From Squalus acanthias (Eukaryota): DNA of 64,000 bases. Under the pieces are notes generated by a model, which was given only the letters and a program-made list of their open reading frames with translations, was not told the origin of the DNA and did no database searches. This document shows positions 1 to 11,679 of the stretch, in pieces (positions within the stretch are counted from its first letter, which is position 1; each line of letters begins with the position of its first letter). The translations under genes were made by a program, and so were the position numbers. Location of the stretch: contig CM059432.1 of assembly GCA_030390025.1 (NCBI GenBank), positions 136,774,001 through 136,838,000 on the forward strand, in the 5' to 3' direction.

Positions 1-2717
1 TTATTAGTATACGCAATTTATATTCTAGATCATACTCCAGGGAACGTGGCTCCCTAGAACACGGGATTCCATTCTTAATTTAAAGAGTAGCAAAGGTTTC
101 TCAACGTGAATCGAAGAAAAGGAGCTAAACAACTGGATTGCTTTGGTTCAACACGGTCTTAACTGGCTAAGAGGATATGTAAAATATAGATGAACAGGAG
201 ATGAAAGGATCACGAGTATATAAAGGATATATAACAATAGTAATATCAGCTGGTAGAAACTGCACTCTTGTTTCATTACTGCCATCAGAAATTTGGCTTT
301 GGGAGGTTCAATAGTAGAGGTGGGTGGTCTGATGCATCCTACCATTGATGCGCCCGCCTCCAGAGATTGTTGGCACCATTATCTCCTGGTTTCATGTAGT
401 CAGCATGAATATATATTTGAGTCAGTATGAATATATACGAATTATGTGTCAGTAATGATGAAAAGAAAAATCAGTAAACAGCTCCATTCAAATATCAGCG
501 CATTCAGATGAATGATAAAGAGATGCAAAGTGAATGTCACAAAAAGCAGAACCTGCATTTGCACTAAAAATCTTTCTTGGCACATACGGTAGGTAAGTGT
601 TAATACTCTTTTTAAAAAGTGTTAATACTCCTTTAATAAGGCAATATCTGCCTTGAATGGGATTTAAAATGTCAGTCTGGATTTTTGAACCGTATAGATA
701 AATATGACCCTTCCTACAAACTGTAATATATATATTTTTTAACACCCAAAATGTCATAAATTGTTTAAAGTTCTTGTTTTAAATCACAATTATGTAATCC
801 AGTGGGATTTGCAACTTCAGCATACACAAATATATAATAAATATAGTACTGTACTTATTGGGAATTCAAAAAGGAGCTATAATACTATGGTTAATGGAGG
901 TTTAAACAGAGAACAGTATAACTCAATGCTGTTTAATGTTACGTAAGTTAATAACCCACAGTTTTCATTGAAGTAGAAAGGTGATTTTATTTCACTTGGG
1001 CTTTAATAGGCTGACAAATGCTCGCTTATTCTTTATTTTTAAGAACTTTAAAGAATGTGGCAATTGCACTGAGAAAATGTTGAAGGCTTTTGTCAAATAA
1101 GATCTGTATAAAACTATAGGTAAAGATATCTGCTACTGTATCCGTCACAAATTTACTTTCAGCATAGTGTTGCTGAGGTGATTGAGGTGGCAAAATATCT
1201 GGAGAGATTGCGCATTGTTGCAAAATTAATCGCACCATCGCCTGCTCTAATTCATTCTTTCTATGGCCTCAGACTATGGACCTCCAACTCACACCCTGTC
1301 TTTCACTCCTTTCTGTAATCTACAGGCTTTTGAAGCCTAAGTTTGTCAGCTTCTACAAATCACTAATTTTCCTCATCTTCTCTCCTAACCTTTTCAAACT
1401 TGGTGGTAACCCTGCACTATGGGCCTAACTTGGCTCCTCAGTGATGGTAGCCCCATTACTGCTTGTCACCTGAATCTCCTGTTCCTAATTCTATGGGCCT
1501 CTTCGGCTCACAGCTAGGCTGCTGGATGGAGAGCCACACTCAAGTGAGGTGGCAAGCCTGAGGAGCACAGGGCAACCTGACATGCCCTTCATGATTGGGG
1601 CCTCTTGCCAATGGCTGCCAATCAAAATTTAACAGTTGTGGCGAAGGCGGCATAGTGACGCCCTGCCGACTGGAGGAAGATACGAGCGGTGAAGCTCAGA
1701 GTGAAAAGAAACTGTGAGAAAAGAATAAAAAATAAATCATTTTTACTGCGACTTGCTGATGTCCCTCAACAGAAAATGGGTATAAAAAAATGAAACTGCT
1801 ACAGAAATTCAGCAAAGCACTCACCACTTTTTATTGGTGAAAGAACTAAAGGCTTCATTTAAAAAAAAAGGTCATGTAATAAGTGTAATTTACATCTCTT
1901 TGATTGATACATTAGAATGAATTACAATGTCATGCACATGTCAAAAGTTGTGATTAAGTGGCTGCTGGTTATTTCAATTTACTCTTTTTAAAGTTTTTTA
2001 ATTAGTAAATGAATCCCTCATGGTCAAATGATTAATTACACAATAATTCACTGTAGAAGCTTGTTTCCCTGTCAGGGCACACAAAGAGAATTCTCATAAA
2101 TTCTTACAAATGGAAAAAGAAAAGATCGAGGTAATGAATAATAGAAAAGTAGTAAGCGCTGCAGTAACCACCTTAACCAGCAGAAAATCTGGCACGCCAT
2201 GGCGTTGAAGGAGTTCTTGGAGGGCATTATCAAATAAAAAAAAACATGAAGCATTAATTGAGCCTTTCTAATAACAATTTAATTGCTTCAAAAATATAGT
2301 TCCAAATTATAGCATTTTAAAAATACGAAGGACCGTAATGACTGCAATGACAATATGTTCTACGTTTGCGAAAGAATAGGGCTTGACAAATAAATCATAA
2401 CCTGTAATATTTAACAATACAGTGGCTTTTCTGAAAATACAGTGTCTTAGAAAGCAATAGAAAGTGACTGAAAATGACGGTGTTGAGCTATTGTCACATT
2501 CAACTGTGTTGAATTGGCCTAGATAAACACCAAAAGTATATTTTCTAATATAAATAAGACAATGCATCTAAGAATGCCACATGCAGAGTCCAGATTAGAA
2601 CTGTTTTTATCTCATTGACAATGATAGTTTCTGTGACCTAAATCATGTGGAAAATTTCTCACATTACACAACTCTATTGGAATTTATTTTCCTGCTTATT
2701 AAGGTGAGGGATATATA

Positions 2718-3528
2718 GGGCTGGATTTTCTCAATGGAGACGAGTTGGAGGCGGGACTGCTGCTTGTCGGGTCTATGTCCTGCCTTCATCATCTTCTGGC
2801 CAACCAACGGGATTTTCCCCTGATTGACCTTGTTAAGCCTGCCCTGCGGGCTCAGCAGGCCAATTAGGGGGAAGTCACTGACAGAGCACGTCAATGTCTG
2901 ACGTGCTATCCGTCAAGACCTCTTGAAAGAAGAAATGTCAGTGTTTGACAGCTCTGTGAAGCTGTCAAACACTGACATTCTCTGTAGTTTGATGAGTCCT
3001 TGTGTTCAGGACTCATCAAACCTTTCAACTTTGTAGATTTCAGATGACTGTTGGTTCGGAGGATCCAACAGCCAGTCTGTGAAATCTACAAGGAAGATGT
3101 CGGGACTCCCGATCCAGAGCGGATGAAGGCTGTAGGCAGAAACCAAGGTAAGTGAACATTTTTTAACCCTTAACACTCACCTTACATACTTACCACTCCA
3201 CACTTGCACCCATCACTCACCTCTACATCAGGTCAATTCGACCCCCGCAGACCTCCTTCACGTCTCCTCCAACCCGACGGGGTTCTCCGAGGTCGGGAAG
3301 CCTTCACCTAAAAAGGTAAAATGGCACGAATCCTTTTTTCTGTTAAAAGGATTTAATCCCTTTCCCGCCTCGAGGAGACGGGACCCGAAGCAGCACATCT
3401 TCCCGCCTCCTGGCAAAAGGGCACAGAGGTGGGATGGGGGCGGGTTTGCCATCCACCCCCACTTTCTGCTAATTTACTGGCAGTCCCGCCTCCATACCCG
3501 CCTCCTCGGGGCTTGGAGAATCCAGCCC
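2718..3528. mobile_element. Non-autonomous TIR element (MITE-like, probably PIF/Harbinger-derived) with an internal hairpin cluster
   Basis: Left end gggctggattttctcaa (2718) and right end ttggagaatccagccc (3528) are imperfect inverted repeats. Subterminal IR ggaggcgggactgc/gcagtcccgcctcc. ATA flanks both ends, consistent with a 3-bp TSD. Confidence 0.7.
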
Positions 3529-3859
3529 ATAGAGTCAGTTATAACAGTGTCAAATGCACGGTAGAGGTTCCTGTACATTGCCTCAGAAGAGCACTCCTGA
3601 CTGCCCCAGTAAATAATTTTTCTATTTCCCACAGCAGTCATCCTATGATGTCTCTTTGAATGGGATTGCCAATTAGTGACATTTTGGTGCTATAGAGCCA
3701 TCAAGTACTGGATTAAGACTGCCAAACTCATTTCACATAGGGCCCTTACAGCCAGCGGATAGACGAAGCTTTCATGCCATAAGTCTGAGCTAGATTTGAA
3801 CACAGGTCCCAGAAGTGAAAAGCTCGTGTTTAATTGACAACGCTACCTAGTTACCCTAC

Positions 3860-4168
3860 GATCTTTCGGATGAAACATTGAACTGCCCTCTCAGGTGGAC
3901 TTAACAGATCCCATGACACTATTTTGAAGAAGAACAGGGGAGTTATCCCAGTGTCCTCGCAAATATTTATCCTAAACCAACGCCTAAAAACAGATTATTT
4001 GGTCTTTCTCTCATTGCTGTTTGTGGGAGCTTGCTGTGTACAAATTGGCTGCCGCGTTTCCTACATTACAACAGTGACTACACTTCAAAAGTACTTCATT
4101 GGCTGTAAAGCCCCTCAGGATGTCACGAGGTCATGAAAGGCGCTATAGAAATGCAAGTTCTTTCTTTC
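3860..4168 (+). mobile_element. Deu-domain SINE (SacSINE1-like), 5'-truncated
   Basis: gatcccatgacactattttgaagaagaacaggggagttatcccagtgtcct core and ...aaaggcgctatagaaatgcaagttctttcttt tail. About a dozen copies in the window share these. Confidence 0.8.
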
Positions 4169-4802
4169 ATTTCCAAGTTTTTATATCCTCTGTAGGTAAC
4201 ATGAGAAAGTGTGAAATAAAAAAAGTTATTTGGCCCATTAAAATCCCTCTTTCCACAAACAATTTACCTTATTATAGTCTCTATTATTTAATCTACCGAG
4301 GGACATTTCTGTGTAAATATTCCCCTATTCCCAAAGGCAAACAAATAAGACTTCAGAATATCTATCCATCCCCACATGTCTGCTACTTAATACTAACCTT
4401 GTGGCCCCACATACCATCAATCTCAGCTCCAACAGGACAGGAATCGTAACCCTTGTGTCCCATGGAGCATTTGATCATCTGAATCTATACTTATCCCTAT
4501 GACCTTCAATCCCATTAACAACCAGATATTTATCCAATTATTTTTTACAGGAGTTAATTGGTGCATCATCAGCTGCTTTTGATGGGAGTCTGTTCCATAT
4601 ATTCACTACTCCATAATAATACATACACGACCTCAACTTAAAAGTTTTTATTGACATTACTAATATAGCATAGATGGATTAATTGTTTCCCGAGTACTTA
4701 CTCTCAACATGGAACCTTGTCCCCCAGGAGTGCTACTTCATAAAACTGGCCCTATTATTTTATGGGATTTTATGGGTAGTTGTGTTCCCAGTTATGTAAG
4801 GC

Positions 4803-4896
4803 CAATGTTACCTGTAAGCTACACTTTGTTCTGTGCGGCCTGTTTCTTTTAATGCATGGTCCCTTTAAATTTCCGTGCACCTTAGCAGAAACATTG
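4803..4896. mobile_element. Tiny hAT-type MITE (94 bp)
   Basis: Termini caatgtt...aacattg. Flanking 8-mers tgtaaggc / tgtacggc match 7/8 as a TSD. Shares internal ggtccctttaa with the copy at 62330-62407. Confidence 0.7.
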
Positions 4897-5094
4897 TGTA
4901 CGGCTCTTTACTTTTCAGTTTTGTAAACGTCATAATGATAGAACGGATAGAGCATTGGTCACGTGTGAATGATGTTGGAGCTCCTATCCAACTTTAATTC
5001 ATATGTATTCGGCCTTCCGCCATTTCTGTAGTCCAAACCAGGATGACGCAGTTGAAAGAGCCTTGTTGTACATATATAAAGGTTGGGTACTTCA

Positions 5095-5260
5095 TAGAAT
5101 TACATAGGATTTTACAGCACAGAAACAGGCCATTCGGCCCAACAAGTATATGCTGGTGTTTATGCTCCACATGAGCCCTCTCCCACCTTACTTCATCTAA
5201 CCCTAGCAATATATCCTATCCTTTCTCCCTCATGAACTTACCTAGCTTCCCTTATCTATC
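5095..5260 (-). mobile_element. CR1-type LINE 3' end fragment
   Basis: cagcacagaaacaggccattcggcccaac...ctttctccctcatg...ctagcttccc is the reverse complement of the CR1 3' UTR at 42000-42150 and 63430-63570. Confidence 0.75.
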
Positions 5261-5689
5261 TTCAGACATGTGTCTTTGTTTACACAGACTGGAATTTACT
5301 TCCTGCTTCTCCAGTGAAGTGACGCATTGGAAAAACTATAAAAATTGAAATATTTTCAAATTAAAACAAGTCGCAAGTGCATTTTTGGAGGGACGATAAT
5401 AATAAAGTTTGAAACTTCAAATATGGAGGGTAATCTTTGTGGTCTGTGACATGCTCTTGTATCTATGAATTATGTATTTGCTCATGCTGAGATGCTGAGG
5501 CATTCCATGTTGTAAGAAGGCAAGTTGTTTGGGCGTGTTTAATGAATAAAATTGGTCAAAGAATTGAAGTCATCACCAGGATACAGGACTGAAAATCCTG
5601 ACTTTAACCAACATTGTTCGAAAACAGAATAGAAGTATATTGAATGGAGATTCAACCACTGTATTGTCAAAGTGTATGGAGCATTGTTA

Positions 5690-6055
5690 GAGGTAATGTT
5701 GTTTCTGGGCTTGACTATTCCAGTACTCTCCTATCCAGCCTCCCATCTCCCACTCTACATCAACTTGAGCTCATCCAAAACTCTGCTGCCCGTATCCTAA
5801 CTCGCACCTGTTCACCCATCAACCCTGTGCTCGCTGACCTACATTGGTTCCCGGTCTGACAACACCTCGATTTTAAAATTCGAATCCTTATTTTCGAGTC
5901 CCTCCATGCCCTTGACCAAGCATTTGGTCGCCTGTCCTAATATCTCCTTATGTGGCTCGGTGTCAAATTTTGTTTGATGACGCTCCTGGGAAGCATCTTG
6001 GGACGTTTCACTACGTTAAAGGCGCTTTATAAATGCAATTTGTTTTTGTTGTTGT
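5690..6055 (+). mobile_element. L2-clade LINE 3' fragment
   Basis: Translation LDYSSTLLSSLP..TLHQLELIQNSAARILTRT..PINPVLADLHWFPV resembles the L2 ORF2 C-terminus. Tail aaaggcgctttataaatgcaa(ttg)n. Confidence 0.8.
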
Positions 6056-6882
6056 AATAACCTGTGCGCTATAATAATAGAAAGCCTGTGCATAAAGTTT
6101 TATGCAAAATCAGACATGAGCAAGCGTGAGAGAAAGGCCAGTAGAGAGCAGGAAACTACTTTACTGCTGTTTAGACTTGCCCCACACCAAAATATGCCTG
6201 TAAAAATTCCACGCCCTCCAAAAAGTTGCTTGTTGAGGTCTTGTTAAATGAGAGACTCTAGCAAAAAAAGGGATGACAAGATTTCTTAGCATTAGGCTCT
6301 TTAAAAAAGATAATGGAATAAATAACTTGAAACCATTTGTATGTCCAAAAAACCATCACTCATTTCTGTACAGTGAATTTCACAGAAATATTGATGCGTC
6401 ATTTTTACCTAACTCACCCGGTGGGAACCTGATCAGATCGACCGCCTGTTTCACAACCCACCTGATTTTACTTTCCATTGAAGTCATTGGCCGATTGCAT
6501 CAGTTTCCTATCGGCCAAGTTAGGTTAAAATTACCCCCATCTAATTAAAGTTCTGAACTAAACAGTATTTTTTTCCCAAAAGAGAATAACGGACCCCTTA
6601 GAAGTTTGCATTTCATGTAATTCAATAGCATATTAATAACTGTGATGTGCAACGAGCAGTGACAACTGATCAATTTGTATGTGAAATCCACTGTATGTAA
6701 ATGAGGGCGAGTTCTTTGGCATACGGATGGTTTCAAGTTCAATACGGTAACCATCTAGTGGCTCAGTTCCACAGGACACGATGGAGACTATCGCAAAAGG
6801 TGAAATGTAACTCTTAATAAAAAGGTGGTTTCTGTCATAGGGTTGGTCATCATGCAAGTTAATTCAATCATCTATGCAATGA

Positions 6883-7741
6883 GAGGGACCGCTCCATCCG
6901 CGACACCCTGGTCCACTCCTCAATCACCCCCAACAACCCCTCCCCTTCCAAAACACCTTCCCATGCAAGTGCAGGAGAGGCAACACCTGCCCTTTTACCT
7001 CCTCCCTTCCCACTGTCCAGGGCCCCAAACACTCCTTCCCAGGTGAAACAGCGATTTACTTGTACTTCTTGCAATTTAGTATACTGTATTCGCTGCTCAC
7101 GATGTGGTCTCCTCTACATTGGGGAGACCAAACGCAAATTGGGTGACCGCTTTGCGGAACACCTCCGTTCAGTCCGTAAGGGTGACCCCGAGCTTCCGGT
7201 CGCCTGTCACTTTAATTCTCCACTCCACTCCCACTCTGACCTCTCTGTCCTCGGCCTCTTACACTGTTCTAACGAAGCTCAACGTAAGCTCAATTAGGCA
7301 CTTTACAGCCTTCTGGACTCAACATCGAGTTCAACAATTTCAGACCATAACCTTTGCCCTTATTTTTTCACATGGCAGCTGTTAATGATTTTGCCATTCC
7401 CATTTACACCTCTTCTAGACTCATCTTTTGTTTCTTTACTTTTTCTAGTACCATCTCCTTTTGCTTTGTACTATCATACCTTTTGTCTTTTAATCTCTCC
7501 TACTTTCCACCCTATCACAGACCTTCCCTTTTGTTCTTTCCTCCCCTCCCCCCTTTCCCTGTCCCTACACTTGCTTAAAATCTGTCACATCTCTAACATT
7601 TTCCAGTTCTGATGAAAGGTCATCGACCTGAAATGTTAACTCTGTTTCTCTCTCCACAGATGTTGCCTGGCCTGTTGAGTCTTTCCAGCATTTTCTGTCT
7701 TTATTTCAGATTTCCAGCATCTGCAGTATTTTTGCTTTTGT
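6883..7741 (+). mobile_element. Penelope-like retroelement 3' fragment: GIY-YIG endonuclease remnant plus tail
   Basis: ORF 7043-7297 has NLVYCIRCSRCGLLYIGETKRKLGDRFAEHLRSV..PVACHFN, the PLE GIY-YIG signature. A pyrimidine-rich UTR and a hammerhead-containing tail follow, matching 61094-61388. Confidence 0.9.
7605..7641 (+). ncRNA. Minimal type I hammerhead ribozyme motif (helix III mutated)
   Basis: agtt-CTGATGA-a-aggtc(atc)gacct-GAAA-tgtt-aact. Core boxes present, 5-bp stem II, stem I agtt/aact. Confidence 0.75.
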
Positions 7742-7844
7742 ATGCAATAAGTCCTTTGTATTAGGGGCTGATTGCCTTAGTGTCAAGTGATTTAATTGGT
7801 GGGTGTCATGACTTTGGTGGGATATCAGCAGAACTCCCATAGGA

Positions 7845-8092
7845 ACTGCCTAAACATCCCCGATTTTCATCGTTCCACCATTGGTGGCCGTGCCTTCAGC
7901 TGCCAAGGCCCTAGCTCTGGAATTCCCTCCTTAAATCTCTCCGCCTCTCTACCTCTCTCTGCTCCTTTATGAGAAGTCGCACAACACCAGGTTATAGTCC
8001 AACAGCTTTATGACACTCCTTAAAACCTACCTCTTTGAGCTTTGGGATGTTTTACTACATTAAAGGCGCTATATAAATGCAAGTAGTTGTTA
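7845..8092 (+). mobile_element. L2-type 3' tail fragment containing a ~41-bp Penelope-derived insert
   Basis: ccaccattggtggccgtgccttcagctgccaaggccc...aaaggcgctatataaatgcaag, matching 60950-61490. Insert 7970-8011 nearly identical to 38651-38692. Confidence 0.75.
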
Positions 8093-8380
8093 TTGCTCAG
8101 CAGTTAATGCCATTTCTCTGGGAGCTCTGCCGATCTCCTGCTGAAAGTACAGAAGGAGATTGGGACAATCTTTGTGGAAATTCAAGGCCAGCATTTCTAT
8201 CATAATACCTAAAAACAAAATCATTCAGAAAAATAAATCACAACCTGAACCATAGGCTTTGCCCCAACAACATTCTCTGTCCTCTTCCATTATCACCACC
8301 GCAACACATCCTTGCTGAAAGTCTGAACATTCTGGACTCCAAGGTACGAACTCCCTCACCCCGTACTTTACCTGTCTCTC

Positions 8381-8566
8381 CAGCCCAGCCCAGCCCAGCC
8401 CAGCCCAGCTCTGCCCTGCTCTGCCCTGCCCTGCCCTGCTCTGCCCTGCCCTGCTCTGCCCTATCCAGCCCTGCCCAGCCCTGCCCTACCCGGCCCTGCC
8501 CAGCCCTGCCCTACCCGGCCCTGCCCAGCCCTGCCCTACCCAGCCCAGATCTGCCCGGCCCTGCCT
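8381..8566. repeat. Pentamer low-complexity repeat (CCCAG/CCCTG/CTCTG)n
   Basis: Read directly: cagcccagcccagccc...ctgccctgccctgctctgccc. Confidence 0.9.
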
Positions 8567-8660
8567 CACCAGCTCGCTTTTCCTTTTTGGAGACCTGATG
8601 TAACGACCCCGAAACAAAATAATAAAATCCACACACTCAGGAGCCCATCTCCTGTGTTGG

Positions 8661-8685
8661 AAACTATAATTCCCAGGAACGCCCA
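8661..8685. promoter_or_regulatory. Candidate ZNF143/Staf-type (SBS) promoter motif
   Basis: aaactataattcccaggaacgc resembles the vertebrate ACTACAATTCCCAG(C/A)ATGC motif. It lies in unique sequence ~290 bp upstream of a minus-strand donor CAG|GTAAAG at 8372/8371. Confidence 0.4.
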
Positions 8686-8954
8686 CTCAGTCGGGCATGC
8701 TGCAGTTGCACAGAGGAACTCACTTCTTCACTACTCAGCGGAACACACTGAGAAAGGAGTACAGCCGCCAGCCACCATATTCTTCCTTATTCCTAAAAAT
8801 ACATTGAGTTCATCCTCATTTATTATTTTCATTTGACAACAAAGTGACTCGGCATCCAGGGCATTTACCAATACCAGATTTTTGATGTGTTAGTCAACAA
8901 CTCCATTATCATTGTATCATGCAACTACCAGGATGATAGAGGGCGAGCTGAATT

Positions 8955-9105
8955 GAAAGGAAAGAAAGAAGGAAAGAAAAAAAGGAAAGAATGAAAAAAA
9001 GAAAGAAGGAAAGAAAGACTTGCATTTATATAGCGCCTTTAACGACCTCAGGACATTCCAAAGTGCTTTACCCGCCAAGATGTACTTTTTAAAGTGTAGT
9101 CACTG
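8955..9105 (-). mobile_element. Deu-SINE 3' tail
   Basis: aagaaagacttgcatttatatagcgcctttaacgacctcaggac...aagtgtagtcact is the reverse complement of the SINE tail. Confidence 0.8.
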
Positions 9106-9494
9106 GCACAAAGGGGAAACATATTGGTAATAAGAACCAGGCACACACACAATATGAGCTTTCATTAAAGATATGGCAGTACTAAAGTTGTTGTTTGCAC
9201 AAGTATTGTTTTTTCCAAACACTTGGGAGTAATTTTCATCTGGTACCACAAATGGTAGTTGGTGAGTTGGGAAGAGAAGCCAACTTTGTGGCAGGAAGGA
9301 GAAAGATTTTGACATGTTTGTTAATGCAGTGGCTAGATATGGAAGTCAAGAGTAGGCCTCCTGGCACAAATGTCTCTTGTAACAGGCAACAAATTCTCTG
9401 CGGCATCCCTATTATGCTGGTGCTTCACCTCTTTCTAATCCCGTACTGCCTGTGGTGGCCTGCCTCCTTCAGGACTTCCATGATGAGGCCCTTT

Positions 9495-10200
9495 ATAAGG
9501 TAAAGTCATGCAGCATGCAGCACACAACAAGATTATGGTGATTATATTGCAGGATGCCACCAAAATGATCCAGGCACCTAAAGTGCACCTTCAACATGGA
9601 ACAGCATTTTCAATTATTATTCTGGTGCATGCATTGACCTCAAAATGCCATGCCCAGCTTCTGACCAGGGATACCACACAGGTTTTATGGGCTTGCTCTT
9701 CCCAGGAGCCACATTGAGAGTTGCCTTTCTGGGTGAAAGAGTGCTGGCCAAGAGGACTGCCTTCAGGTGAAGGCATTGTAGCATCTCCCAGGGAAGAGAG
9801 CATTCGCTTGCATGATACAGCCTTGCTCATTACAAACGAATTGCACACAGAGAATGGAACCTTTTCCTATTGGTGTAGGTCACGGCATTGAGTAAGAGAT
9901 CACGTAGGACTATCTACAACTCCTTGGACCTTCGGGAATCTTGCCCTGCCACTGATTGTCCAAGGGGAAGGAGATTAAATTGCTTGTTCTAGCAAACAAT
10001 GCATCCGTCACTTGTTTAATGTGTCTGTGCACAGCTGATTGGCAAATGGTATTGATATCCTCCGTGACAGCCTGGAATGACCCTGTACCATAAAAATTAA
10101 GGACAGTTGTGACCTTAAGAACCAGTGGCAGTACGATGGCTGTGGTGCAGATGGGTTGTTCAACCTCTTGCAACATGGAGCGTAGATTTCTAACCGTTTC
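9495..10200 (-). pseudogene. Degraded PIF/Harbinger (HARBI1-like) DDE transposase remnant
   Basis: Minus-strand LPLVLKVTTVLNFYGTGSFQAVTEDINTICQSAVHRHIKQVTDALFAR..LISFP (ORF 9910-10176). At ~9500-9620, IIENAV/MLKVHFRCLDHFGGILQYN..VVCCMLHD. Both match Harbinger transposase motifs, and the remnant is frameshifted. Confidence 0.8.
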
Positions 10201-10559
10201 CTTCTAACTATCCTGGTCAGTAGGTATGTCTGAACCAACACCAGATCAGACAGACAAAGCATGGGATATCAAGGGGAAGTGAGCACCGTGCTTTAAAGAA
10301 TAAATAAGCTGCAACAATAGAAATATATACAGAGAAAAGAAAATATTAAGAGAGGGAGATGCCGAGAAAGATAAAGAATTAAATACTGTGAAAGTGAAGG
10401 ATAAATACTGAACAGAAGAAAAATATTGAGCAGGAGGGCTGCAGCTATTGCTTCTCAAGCAACGCTTTCTCTTCCCTACTCTGCACTATTACCTCCATGC
10501 CCCCAAAAGGTTCTATTCTTAACCCCCCCATTCCTTACATGCACGTTGCTCCTCCGTGG

Positions 10560-11400
10560 TACAGCCTGCAGGCACAGGGCGGCCTTTCACACGTGCTGGA
10601 TGAATCACAATTTCCTTCAGCTCAACATCAGGAAGACTGGAGACACTTGTCTTCCGCCCTCACCTCAAACTCTGCTCCCTTGCCAATGATTGGATCCCCC
10701 CCTCCTCCAACCACTATCTCAGGCTGAACCGGATTGTTGGCACACAGAGCGTTAGACACAGAGCTGAGCTTTAAAGCCCGTATCCTATCCATCGCCAGAA
10801 CTACTTACCCCCACCGTTGTAACATTGACCGCCTCTGCCACAGCTCAGTCAGTCCACCATTGAAACCCTTGCATGTGCCTTTGTTACTTCCAGATGCGAC
10901 TCTTTCAATTCTCTCCTTGCTGGCTTCCCATCTCCAGCCTCCATTAATTCCAATTTGTTCAAACCCCTGTTGCACATATCCTGTCCCTTACTGAGTCTCG
11001 GTCTCCCATCACCCCTTCCTCGCTGAGCTACACTGGCTCCTCTTCGCCTAACACAGTCAAAGTCCTTGTGCTCATCTATACATCCCTTCATGCCCTTGTC
11101 CAACCCTATATGTGCAATGTCTTCCTGCCCTATATACATTCCCCTGACTCTGGTCTTCCAAGCAGTGACCCCCCTCTTCTTTCACCCTACCACTGGCAGC
11201 AGAGTCTTCAGTTGCGAGAACTCTATTTTCTGGAACTACCTCGCTAAACCTCTCTACAACTCTCTTCACTTTTAAAAAACACTTTAAAAACCTTCCTAAC
11301 CGTTCCCTTCCTAGCTCGATGTCTGTTTCCCTTTTAACCCAATTGCAAAGAGCCTTGGGAAGTTCCTTTACTTTAAAGGCTGGAAATAAATGTGAGTTTT
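10560..11400 (+). mobile_element. Old L2-clade LINE 3' fragment
   Basis: WMNHNFLQLNIRKT (ORF 10426-10689), DTELSFKARILSIARTTY and a degenerate L2 tail similar to 5690-6055. Confidence 0.7.
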
Positions 11401-11679
11401 TGTCGACGGAAAAAGAAAAAGTAATATGAGAGAGGTAGAAAGAGCTTGAAATGAATCGGTGTGACGTTCATGTGGACAGCACACATTGATATGGAGTTCA
11501 GAAAATAATTAAATACCAAGAGAAAAAAAAATAATACCTTCAAAACTATCAAAAGCTGATCAATTGCTTCAAAAAAGCTGGCAACTCAGAAACAATCTTG
11601 AATTTAGATTACACGGAATGTGCAGTGGGACATAAGTTTGTTATAACTTAACCAACATATTCTTCTTCTCCCCTCGCTC

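Noticed and set aside
2077..2131. Small plus-strand exon (cag|..AHKENSHKFLQMEKEKIE|gtaatg)
   Set aside because: Splice signals are plausible, but I found no recognisable homology and no compatible neighbouring exon.
2987..3021. tgatgagtcc...ggac as a hammerhead
   Set aside because: It lacks the C of CUGAUGA and the GAAA box. It is a simple hairpin.
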